Shown: piece after piece, positions 26,271 through 37,503 of the stretch
How positions within the stretch are numbered: the stretch's first letter is position 1
Layout of the letters: the number at the start of each line of letters is the position of its first letter
Source of the DNA: Mobula birostris
Taxonomy: Eukaryota
Length of the DNA: 64,000 nt
Reading direction: 5' to 3'
Assembly (NCBI RefSeq): GCF_030028105.1
Contig: NC_092390.1
Coordinates: 46,296,777 to 46,360,776, forward strand
The notes under the pieces: generated by a model
The model's database searches: none
The model's input: only the letters and a program-made list of their open reading frames with translations
Told to the model about the DNA's origin: nothing
Made by a program: the position numbers and the translations under genes

Positions 26271-27424
26271 TGGGCTTACAACTTGAGCTACAAAAGATGT
26301 AGCACAAGATATAAGGGAAGAGATGCTGGGTCAAAAGCAGCTTCTGGAGATTTATAAAGCTTCTATACATTAAGGTGTTGTCTGTTTAATATGACGCAGA
26401 AAAAATGTAAATTTGTGGGCTGAACACTATTAGTGAGCTGTGGGTGTAATTTTATTATCAAGAGTACCAAACCCAAACAGTTCGATTCAACATCAATTAT
26501 TATTCTTCAACTTCCTTTCGCTTTGAGGGAGAGTTCATCTTTATGGCAGGAAGTCCCTGTTGGTTATTTAAAGACAGGTTCATGATATTGAGTTGTACAT
26601 TTGTCTTTAGATTTGATGTTAATAGAACAAATCCAGCAGTGTTATAAACCTATGGATGTAGAAATTATTCAGTGCATTGAAGTACACAACAGAATTATGG
26701 TACATGTTGTACTTGAGTCAGTTTCATGCACGATCACAAGGGATAAGTATTCTAATGTTCATGATATGTAATGCTTCATGTATGTTAGAATTGCAAATCC
26801 TGGACCTAAAGTGAGTGTAATCAAGCATGAATGTGCACTAACAGCGAAGTTACTCAAGCATTGCAAACATTATGCCATACCCGACCACAGCAGGAGTTCT
26901 AAAAGTAGAAAAAAAGCCTTCTTACATTAGTGTGTCTCCTTTAGGTCTAATTGGTCTTGCTTCAGAAAAAGTGAAAAGCACCACAAATCTCCAGCAATCA
27001 ATTGCATAACATGCCAATAGAGGCAGGGCACAAAGGGCAAGAATTATGGTTGTGGTACTCCAGCAGTAAAGGAAAAATAATTTATCTTGCAGAAATATTA
27101 TCTCAGGACCATACGGAAAGAAGTATTATGTCAGGACCATGTGGGATGAATCAAATCACTACTTCACTACTGCACTTCCTGAAAACAGCTTTGTTGGCCT
27201 TAGAGCAGCCAACATTTTTTTTTTTGTTTAGTTAGTTAGTAAGGCAAGTAAATAAAATAAAGGTGCACTTAAACCACATCCATGACTGGCAGTACATGGG
27301 TGGTCAACATTCAACTAACCAGTGGCTGATACAATGTATCAAGGGATATATTATATAGTGCATAGTTATTGAAAATACATACACATTTATATATTGTACA
27401 CTGTAATTAGCAAGTAATAATAAT

Positions 27425-28225
27425 AAACATAAGAGATTCCGCAGATGCTGGAAATCCAGAGCAACACACACAAAGTACTGAATGAACTCAGCAGGTCAGG
27501 TAGAATCTATGGTAAAGAGTAAACATTCGATGTTTCGAGCCGAGACTTTCCTTCAGGACTAGAAAGTCATAGGTTAAGTCAGGTGGGTGGGAAAGGTAGA
27601 GGACTGAAGGGGAAGGAATCTGATAGGAGACGAGAGTGGACCATGGGAGAAAGGGAAGAAGGAGGGGCACCAAGGGGAGGGGTGATAGGCAGGTGAAGAA
27701 ATAAGTTAAGAAGCCAGGGTGGGGAATAGAAGAAGAGGGAAGGTGAAGGGGAAATAAAAAGTCACCAGAAGGAGAAATCAATAATCATGCCATCGTTGGA
27801 GGCTGCCTCGATGGAATATGAGGGGTTGTTCCTCCACCCTGAAAGTGGCCTCATCATGGCAAAGGAGTAGGCCATGGACCAACATGTCAGAACAGGAATG
27901 GGGAGAAGAATTAAAATGATTGGCCACTGGGAAGTACCTCTTCTGGTGGAGGGAGCAGAGACGCTCCACAAAGCAGTCCCCCAATTTACGTTGGGTCTCA
28001 CCATTGTAGAGGAGGCTTTATCGGGAGCACCAGATACAATATGGCCCCAACAGATTCGCAGGTGAAGTGTTGTTTCACCTGGAAGGACTGTTCATAGTCC
28101 TGAATAGTGATAAGGGAGGAGGTGAATGGGGAGGTATGACATTTCGAACACTTGCAGGGATATGTGCCAGGTGGGAGATTAGTGGGGAAGGGTGTGTGGA
28201 CAAAGCAAACATGGAGGGAGCAATC
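27425..28225 (-). mobile_element. Penelope-like element 3' part: GIY-YIG endonuclease remnant plus pseudo-LTR
   Basis: Frameshifted PGTYPCKCSKCHTSPFTSSLITIQ...FQVKQHFTCESVGAI...GDCFVERL...PVANHFNSSPHSCSDMLVHGLL...EEQPLIF...GMIIDFSF, typical of the PLE GIY-YIG domain, followed by a CT-rich linker and the terminal repeat. Confidence 0.92.
27521..27562 (-). ncRNA. Degenerate minimal type-I hammerhead ribozyme motif in Penelope terminus
   Basis: Minus strand: TAGTC-CTGAAGG-AAAGTCTCGGCTC-GAAAC-ATC-GAATG; CUGANGA core has one substitution and stem II is weakened. Confidence 0.6.
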
Positions 28226-28919
28226 TGATATCTGATGCATGCACAAATTGATTGGCTTGTACCTTTTGACTTTATGTTTACAATATGGTTCGTGACTCCC
28301 AGCACATCTCCACTCCCCATGGTGCAATCTTGACAGCCTGTCCATGCCCTGATGGTCAGAGCATTTTCACAATGTCCCCCAACTGAAAATATCTCTTCAG
28401 GTCTGTACCTAGTGACTTGGATCAGAACTAATTGAAAGTGGACATATGAGGCCCCTACCAGCAATATGCTAAACCAAGGATCATTTCTAGTTGAGGAGTA
28501 GATTGTGAATTGCTGTTTGTTGATATAAGAACAACAGACGTATGGAAGAGCCATCTGTGTCTGTGAACTGAGCTCAGGTGACTGGGTTGAGAAGGCTATA
28601 ACTGGTTTGAATTGGCCTGACTTGGGGAGAAGCAAGGAATAGCCAAATCCTTCTTTGGGAGAAGAACAACTAAGTGAGACTACCTTTAGTCTTGAGCTGA
28701 CCAAATGAAAGGTTGACACAGCCTCGACAGATAAACCAGAAGCAATGGAGTTGAGATAAAATACTCCTGATCTAGTAAGGAACCTGAACAGGAATGGAGG
28801 ATTTTGAATGCAGAGTGGAGAGAATTTCAGACACAAACTACTGCAAGGAAGACTTCCCTGCCCAGGGGAGGTAGAAAAAGGATCAATGGTTTGAACAATG
28901 GGAGATCTCCTTTTCTGGT

Positions 28920-29020
28920 TATTATTTTATTAAGGATTTATTGAGTATACCTGCAAGAAAATGAATCTCTGGGTTCTATACGGTGACATGCGTGTACCTT
29001 GATAATAAATTGACTTTGAA
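28920..29020 (+). mobile_element. Rex1/Babar-type 3' tail
   Basis: ttgagtatacctgcaagaaaatgaatctc...gataataaattgactttgaa; same as 49040-49132. Confidence 0.75.
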
Positions 29021-29439
29021 ATTTAAATTGTTGATCAGGGATCAATATAAGGGTGAGTACTCTTACAAGAAGAACATTGGCAGGATGTTAGGTAATTTAC
29101 TTAGGTATAATAAAGTAAGAATTTTGAATTAATTATGGTTATGTAGTGAGCTGTGTAACCTAAGTTGTTGGTCAGGAGTCTACTACTTCCTCATCTGTCC
29201 TTCCAATATAGGCCGCATCAAGCTCATTTGTGTCTACACTTACCATTCTGTTAACACAGCTTAGTTGGGGAGATAGTTCCTTGATAACTAACTGTGCTTT
29301 CTTTGTTTCCTTCTGCTAGCATAGATATTGTTTGGCTTCCTCAATAACTACTGAGTCATGGGGTTGTTAAAAAGTCAGATTCCATGAGAATGCTGGAGTC
29401 TGTACAGGTCAGATTGTTGTACTTGAGGGTATGGAAACT

Positions 29440-29800
29440 GGGGGCAATTATGTATGTTCCTCCTTGTCAACTTCCTGTACAATAACTCCCTATTATTAAA
29501 TTCTACCCCAGCAATGAAGGCCAATATACTATTTGCCCTCTTAATTGCTTACTGCACTTGTCTGCTATTTAGATTCTCTGAACTCCACTCAATAACTGTA
29601 ATTCTCCAGTCGTCAATAATCTGCTTTTTGACCCCCCCCTCACATTTTGTATGACTTCACATGTTCCTACAATAAACTCCATTTGCCTAGCTATATTATA
29701 CACCCTACATAGCTATATCCAATCACATAGTTCAAATATTTTCATTGCGATATACCTTCCCACCAAATATTATGTCATCAGCAACATTGGCTACCACACA
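29440..29800 (-). mobile_element. Old CR1 fragment
   Basis: atgaaggccaatatactatttgcc; gtcatcagcaacattgg (reverse of decayed FADD motif). Confidence 0.55.
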
Positions 29801-30329
29801 CTGACCTCTTCTCAAAAGGATTATCCCAAAGGAAGAGAGGGATGCAATTTTGACAGTTGCAGTCCACACAGAAAGTTATCAACTGAAGTTAGCACCTAAA
29901 ATTTGATTATGTGTCACCCATAATCCTTCAATATGAAAGATGGTTTGCACCAATTAAGCATAACTATTTCAATAATATTTATATGTATTTAAATGTTAAT
30001 TTTACATACAATTCTCTACCTTACTGTGAGAAATATAAACTATCCCTTGATTCATCTAGGTCTTTTGGTATGCTCACATGATTTTCCTTGGATGCACTTG
30101 TCTGATTCCTTTCTTACTTATCCCAGGAATCACCTCTATTGAGTATTCTTCCTGTTTTTGTAAAGTAATTTTTTGTGTCTCTCAGCATCTATCATTGGAC
30201 CCTACCCACTATTCAGTTACAGAGTGTTTTTGGGTGATGCTCTTTGAAAGCAAGGCATTAGTTTTCGCATGTATGCTGAACCCATTTATCTCTATCTTAC
30301 TAGTTCCTTGCTTGACATCTTCAATCTTT

Positions 30330-30900
30330 TTACTTTATCTAAGTGCATGCTAAATGTTCAATACAGGATGAACAGAAATTTCCTCCAGTACCGACAAAAC
30401 AAAGTGTTTACCTTTAATCTGTCATTTTGTTGCCATTAGCCACATTTTTCTTCCCCGGCCATAGCTTGAGGATGAAACAAACAATGTCTCACCTTGGTGT
30501 CCCGCTTGATTTTGATTTTATATGCTTGCCAACATTTAGGCTGTCAAGTTCTACCTCTGTAACATTGTCTGATTCCATCCCTGCCCCTGCTCACATACTT
30601 CAGAAACCATTATTCGTGTCTTTGTGATCAGTATATTAGATTAATTTTGAACACTCTTTACTATCTCCAAAATTTGGCTACTCAATTCCAACACATATCA
30701 TTCACACATTGTCCATATGCTGACTGACTGGCTTTGGCTCCCAGTTAAGTTCTATAGTTTTAAGTTTCTGATCCTGGTGCTTAAATTCCTTCTTGTTCCT
30801 TCCTCTTTTTTTTGTTTAATCTCCCACAGCTCGAGATCCCTTCAGAACATTATATTCCTCTAATTTTAACATTTGTATTGGTAATTGTTCAGTCATTCCC
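30330..30900 (+). mobile_element. Old L2 LINE fragment
   Basis: ggatgaacagaaatttcctccag (MNRNFLQ) and ctttggctcccagtt...tttaagtttctgatcctggtgcttaaattcct (LWLPV...FKFLILVLK) remnants. Confidence 0.55.
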
Positions 30901-30932
30901 TTTCATTATCAAATTTTAGGGATATGGATTTC

Positions 30933-31098
30933 NNNNNNNNNNNNNNNNNNNNNNNNNNNNNNNNNNNNNNNNNNNNNNNNNNNNNNNNNNNNNNNNNNNN
31001 NNNNNNNNNNNNNNNNNNNNNNNNNNNNNNNNNNNNNNNNNNNNNNNNNNNNNNNNNNNNNNNNNNNNNNNNNNNNNNNNNNNNNNNNNNNNNNNNNN
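30933..31098. other. Assembly gap
   Basis: 166 consecutive N. Confidence 1.
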
Positions 31099-34000
31099 AT
31101 CAAAAAAACTCCACAAGACCAGCATTTATAAGAAAACCTGACCCAGTGTCAAAATTTTACTTGAAATTCTCCTGTTTAGTGTCCTTACTGCTCTGAAATT
31201 AATACATAAACACAAGAGGTTGATATTGGTCAATCCCTCCAGAGATTCTCAATAACATTCCAACAATTATATTTTAACTTGGTAGAGTCTGGAATTCAGC
31301 TATTGATTGCTAACAGAATTGGAAGTTGAATTAATTGTCAAAAGGAGTTGACACAGTTTAGCTCTGCTGAATGAACCTCTTTGGGAATGCTCAACTGATT
31401 GTTGGTTCAGATACCTCACAGTGGTGAAGAGCATATAAAATGAAGAAAATATTTTTGTTCTGCACAGCCACTAATAAGGATGCCTCCTGCCAGAAAAGGA
31501 GAGAGGAGTGTGGCATGAATAAAGAAATATTGCTTGCTTGCCCACACATTGCAGTTAAAATAATCTGCCTTTAGGCAGGAGATATCTAGGAAATATATTG
31601 AGCATGAATTACAATGGTTTGTTTCATAAAGTTTATTTTTTGTTACCAGGAGAGGATATGAAATTAGTATTGAAGTAATACGCAAGTTCTACAAAATTAA
31701 CACAAAATGGCTGTTATCAATTGTTTTCACTACCATACTTGACTATAAAAAAGGTATATAAAATAATATTTTGAATGAATGAAGTATTCTTTATACTTTA
31801 GACAGTCTCAAGCTACAAAGGCAGACATTGAATAGACTATCATCAATCCTGCCAAGTATAACATTAGTATCAGAGACCAGTTATTGGAATTTTAATGTAA
31901 CAATAGAGAGCTATAAGAACCAAGGTCAAACTTGTGAGGCATCTATTCCACGCGATTCCCTCTGGATGCAAGCACTGCATGTCACCTAATAAACAAAATA
32001 AATAAATAACATCATGCTTGTTAATGAGTAGCCACCAATTACCAGCAGATAAATTATATATCAAGAACAGTATTGTGTCCATTCGCAAAACAGCACATGC
32101 TACAGTATTATTAAATAGTGCCGATTTGAGTCTTATTGCTTCATATTTATTTCATTTACTGTGTTTTTAATATACCAACTTTAAGCCTTTATAGCCAAAT
32201 ACTATAGCTGTACAAATACGATAACATTGAACTCTTTGTTATTAGTTAATGAAGCTTGAAACATCATGAAATAATATGAGACCCATGATTCATTATTACA
32301 TAAGTGTTGTGTTTTCCCTTGCTTGGTTACCTGGCTTAGTACCAACAGCAAAATAATAAAAAAAATCCTAAGCAATCAAATAGTTAAATCTGGCATTTTA
32401 TTAACAATGTTTAGTAAATGTGTGAACACCCCATGCATTCTCATAAATATTTCAAGGCTGATTGTTTAGGAACCCCACAGCATATGAATTCAATAACATT
32501 ATATTCTGGAACAAATTAACACTCCTTACATTTGGTTAGCTTTAATGAAATCATTTTACTGTCCAGTATGTTGCGAATAAGCTCACAACTATGTTTTAAA
32601 GGCTGCATCAAATGAGATGTCAACTTTGTTTTTAAGGGGTTAATTTCCCCAGTCATAGGTCTGTTTCCATTGTGTGATAAATTGTTTCTTACAGGATTTA
32701 ATGAATGGGGAAGCTCATCACTGGCTGAATTCATGCATCTCTTTTGATATCAGTCATCGTCAGAAACGGGTCTGTGCCAAAGGTACAAGAGGAAGACAGC
32801 ACCAGCTGCCGTGCATGTGAGTTAAGGATCCTGCTTGGTCCTCATGTTTCACGATTACCTCAGCTTCCTGTCTTGAATGGGAAACACTGCTAGTGAGTAG
32901 TTGTAAAACATTTGCTAAAGGCCAAAGCTACGAGGAGGTGCAGCCATGTCAAACATCTGGTTTTCGCATTACAAGGAAATTGAAGCAATGGGTATTCAGT
33001 AGGGTTACTGCCTTCAATAAATACAAGTCCTATTATGATTTCACAGATTCTAGATGTTAAATGGACAAATGCATATCAATGGCAGAGGTATAATTTAAAA
33101 TAACCTCTACAATTATGAACTTCTCAGGGCAAAGTATTCTCTTTAACTGTTTAGATATATTTAATACATGTGCATGTTATTTTGTGCATTTCATATTCTG
33201 ACTTAAAATACAAGGATCAGATTACTTTTGTATGATAGACAAGTTCACTGATTAACTGAAAGGAATTATGGTTTTGTGAATGGCTCTTTTCTGGCTAAAG
33301 AAAGACCCCGTGTAATCAATATGGTGAGTTTCTGACCTTAGCCAGGAAGCAAGCAGGATGTTCATAGCAGTGGAGAGCCATTTCCATAGCCAGCAAAATG
33401 AAGCATGAGGCAGCCAGCTATGCAAGCCTGCTCTTGTTCATCTTTTAGCCGCTTACAAAATATCACAGGCAGAGGTTTGGGAACAGGCCAACTGCTTACA
33501 CAGCGAATGGGGCAATGGTGTGCAGTGCAGGAATGTCCGAGACATTTAATATAACATACCAGAGAACAGTTCATCTGATCATTTGACATCTTTCTTGATT
33601 TTATACTTTTGATGCTTATCACTGTGTCTTTTGAAAATATATATTATACTGATCTGTGCGCATATAATGCAGATGGCCTGTCTATATTGCATAGTAGGAA
33701 AGTATTTCTTTACCATTGGTAGAAAATAAAACTTGCACAATGAAAGTAGCCCTTCAATCATTGAATAACATCCACTAACAACAGTGGAGGTTGTTTGATA
33801 CTTTAAAATGCTCTGCAGCAAATGGTGCACATATGGCTAAGGACTTTCAGTAGCTGAGCAAAGCACTATAGTAATGACACATCGAATTCCCACTGCACAC
33901 TGCTGTAGGTTCAGCCACATCTTTACAAAAGTGAGTTGTTTTACAAAATTGATGATTTTCAGGGTAAGAATAGAATCTGTAGGAAGTGACCAAGGAATAC

Positions 34001-35011
34001 AATATTCCCTGATAATTAAACCATCATCACCAGTGGATAATGTATCCTGTCATTGTCAAATTTTCCTGAAGACAATCATGGTCTTTCATGTATCACGTGT
34101 AATGTTTGTAGATTATTTTTCATTGCTAATTAACCTCCCATATTTCATATAACATTATTAACAACTTTAAAATATTAAACATAATATGTAAAAGTAATTT
34201 GCTGTGCTGATCTGTAACTATTTGTTTACTTCTCCTAATAAATTGTTTCTAAAATGTTATGTATTTGGTTTGAATCTATTTTTATCAGTATAATTATTTT
34301 TGCTGCCACCTCTAATGATATTTCAACAGGCAAAATTCTATGAATCTTTGTGTTTGTCATCACTTATATATGTTTTTAGATTACCTGCTTGCCTCCACTT
34401 GCATTAATTGCAAACTTTTAAAATTTGCCAGCAAAGGAAAAGAGAAGCATTCAGATTCCTAAGCAGAGACAAGACTGCAATCAGACACAGTGCTTAGATG
34501 GGGATGTATAAAGGCTCAAAGCTAAGGCTGACAAAGTGTCTTGGGAAGGAAAATTGTGGAAGCAGGTCATACATCAAATGGAGTGTGGCGAGAACATAGT
34601 TTATGTGGGGAAAAAAGTTGGTCATTTTAATCAATAGTATGAGCTTGAGGGTGAAAAAGAGCTAAGTCAGGGTTAAAGCCACGAGATGAGCGGAGTTGTT
34701 AGTATATGGATTAATCTAAAGCAATATGATTATTTGTGAGAATGGTAATCTTACTCGGTACAGTCAAATATACCAGCCAATGACTTTGTTTAATTTTGCA
34801 CTTAATGTCACCATATGTGCACTTGTCATTTTCGGTGGGACTATTACATGGGAAGTTACTGTTAGCCAACTCTTCAGAAGGCACAGTGCCCTTTTACAGA
34901 GCAAGTGGGACCTAGTGCACAGGACAAGCAATTGTGTACCACTTAAATAAAGTGACTGAAAAAATCTTTAATAAAACAGTCCAGACCTTAGAACAAAAAA
35001 CATTCAACAGA

Positions 35012-35362
35012 AAGGATTTTCATTTGTATAACATCGTCTTTGACAACCTGGATCACTCTGCAAGAAAAGTGTCTTTTGAAGTGTAGCTACTTGAAATGTG
35101 GAGGACATATTAGCCTCATTGTGCACAGCCAGCTCCCAGAGACAGCAAAGCTCTAAGAACCAAATTACCTATTCTTGTGATTATGGTGCAGGAAAAGATA
35201 TTGGTTAGGACACTTGCCATGTTATGTTCTTCATTGAAATTTCCCAGGAGGAATAATATTATCTTCATGTCCACCAACAGGAACAAAAGGTAAGTCATTT
35301 TGGTGTCCCATTGAAATGATGAAAGTTAAGAATGTTTTAGTAGTGCAGTATCCATCAGTGCG
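35012..35362 (-). mobile_element. Ancient Deu-domain SINE (SacSINE1/AmnSINE-related)
   Basis: tttgaagtgtagc...gtgcacagccagctcccagagacagcaa...aagatattggttaggacac...atgtccacc...agtgcagtatccatcagtgc follows the order of the reverse DeuSINE body. Confidence 0.65.
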
Positions 35363-36074
35363 TCTTAAAGTCCAATCCTATGTCCCACCAGGAGAGTTGG
35401 AAATGGGTAAGGCCGGACAACAGGGCTCTGGTGAAGCTGTATAGGCCAATCCTCTGTAGTGTAGATGCAATGGATTGCAGAAGTGTTGATGAACTTCAAC
35501 CATACTGTCAACTTCCGAGGACGATGGGGATGGGTAGTCATCGATGGCGTATGTTCCACTTAGGAGCTAAGGGAGCAAGTAAGCGAGTAGTATCAAACAA
35601 CACAATAGAGTGTTTCAAACTCAAGTCTTTGGAATGGGTACTTTAAGTCATAAACCTTTGTCTCAGAGGCAAAACAAGAAGAAAGGATGCCTTAAGAGTG
35701 GTAAAAAGAAAATTAAAAATACTAATTCATTTCCTCTTCAATTTTCAACAAGCATCAAAACCTGAAGGAATGAGACCACACATGGGTAAAACATAATTTT
35801 CAGTGCTGGAAACATCATTTGTTTGTGATTGTCTTAACATATTTTCATAGAGTCTTCAAATGGGAAAATACATCCCCAAATGCTTTTTTTATGATGAGTT
35901 ATCTTCATATCTATGAGTGGAGTACAAGGACGTTGAGCCATTCTGTGCTGTTAAATAGTGAATCAAACAAAGAGTTGCTATTTTGGGAAACTTTTGTAGG
36001 AATTGATCATTTCAGACAGCTACTTGTGAAGTTCTACATTTAATCCATGTGTGTGTCTGCTGAAAGAATGTGCC

Positions 36075-36315
36075 TTATTTTGAATATCAGTGGGTCAACT
36101 TCCTCAGATATATGGGTAATTCCCAGCTCAGCCTTCCTATCACCTACCTTAAGTTCAGTGCTATCAGAACTCTTGTCTGACATCCAACCATGGGTGAATT
36201 GCATTTTTTTTCATGAGCTAAACATTAGGAAGATCAAAGCCAATGCCTCTGCCCTTTGACATGAACACTTGCCATTGAGCTTCATCCTTGCTTTGGTGAT
36301 TGCTTCAGTCTGTTT
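36075..36315 (+). mobile_element. Old L2 RT fragment
   Basis: SVLSELLSDIQPWVNCIFFHELNIRKIKA resembles L2 'LSDCLSDIQ.WM..NFLQLN..KTEA'. Confidence 0.65.
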
Positions 36316-37020
36316 GCTTCCAGCTGGACTCTAAGATAAGCCTTTCCACAGGAAGGATTACTTCTACCTGTGTAACCTTTCCCACCTCTGCCTCTATCAC
36401 AGCATATCAGCTGTGAAATTCTCATAGGTGTCATTATCAAGATGGATTAATCTTTATAGATGAACTTCAGTCCGTAGCTTTCCTTTAACCTTCTTCCTGT
36501 TTTTTTAATTCCTTCTTTAAAATTTATTCTATATCAATGACAAAATTTTTGACATTGGTAATAGCCACAAGTCTTTCGACTCTAGGTCAGGGGACTTTAT
36601 ATATTATTACAAAAGGTAGATAGTTGCCAACACTCGCTTCTATAACTACAGAAAAGATGGCCATCAACACAGGTCCACTTCAAGGCTGTGTGCTTAGTCC
36701 CCTGCATTGTATGGCTATGACTGTGTGGCTAAGCATAGCTCTAATACCATCTGCATTCACTACTCTGCTGACAGAATCACAGATGTTGACAAGGAGGCAT
36801 ACAGAGTGAGACAGGTCAAAGTCAAGTTCATTGTTGCATGCAGAGGTGCAATGCAAACTTTGCAGCAGCATTTCAGACATGTAAATGTATTTCACAAGAA
36901 ATATATTAATTAACCACAATTTTTATAAAAGAACACAGGTAAATCAAAAACAATCACAGTCATTTTAATGCAAAGTGATCAAAGTGGCCATGGTATATCT
37001 AAACTCCAGTGATCTTGTGC

Positions 37021-37503
37021 AACACACACAAAATTCTGGAGGAAATCCACAATCCAGGTAGCATCACTGACTTGGAGAGCTCCCCCAGTATTTTTGTGTG
37101 TTAGTAAATAGATTATAGATAGATTAGCTATATTTCTTTCATCTACATCAAAACCAAGGCCTAGAGTGACAGACGTTCTTTGCAACAATGACCAACTCAG
37201 TTTGGAGATGTACTGAGGGCACCCACAAGTGTCGCCAGCAACAATATAGCATGCCCACTACTTACTAACCCTAATCCATACATGTTAGAGGAAACTGGAG
37301 CACACGAAAAAATAAACAAGTTTCTGGGAAGAATGTACAAACTCCTTACAGACAGAGGCAGGAATTGAAGTTAGATCACTGGCACTGCAAAGCATTATGC
37401 TAACCATTACACTACTATGCTGCCAAGCCACACCACCATTCTGCAGATGCTGGAAAACTTCTTGCACAAGATTTCCAGCATCTGTAGAATTGCTTGTGTG
37501 TGA
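37021..37503. mobile_element. Composite insert of inverted Penelope-terminus fragments enclosing a SINE
   Basis: 13-bp direct repeat AGTGATCTTGTGC at 37008-37020 and 37504-37516; inverted repeats at 37021-37102 and 37438-37490. Confidence 0.7.
37110..37424 (-). mobile_element. tRNA-derived SINE (HE1-like head, Rex1-like tail)
   Basis: atagcatgcccac...ctaaccctaa...gaatgtacaaactccttacagacag...tgctaaccattacactactatgctgcc, reverse of the 11477 family. Confidence 0.8.

Noticed and set aside
28075-28836. Longest ORF in the track (253 aa, minus strand)
   Set aside because: No recognisable domain; it runs from anonymous sequence into an off-frame part of the Penelope element, so it is likely a chance ORF.
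30885-31196. ORFs containing runs of X
   Set aside because: Artefacts of the N gap.
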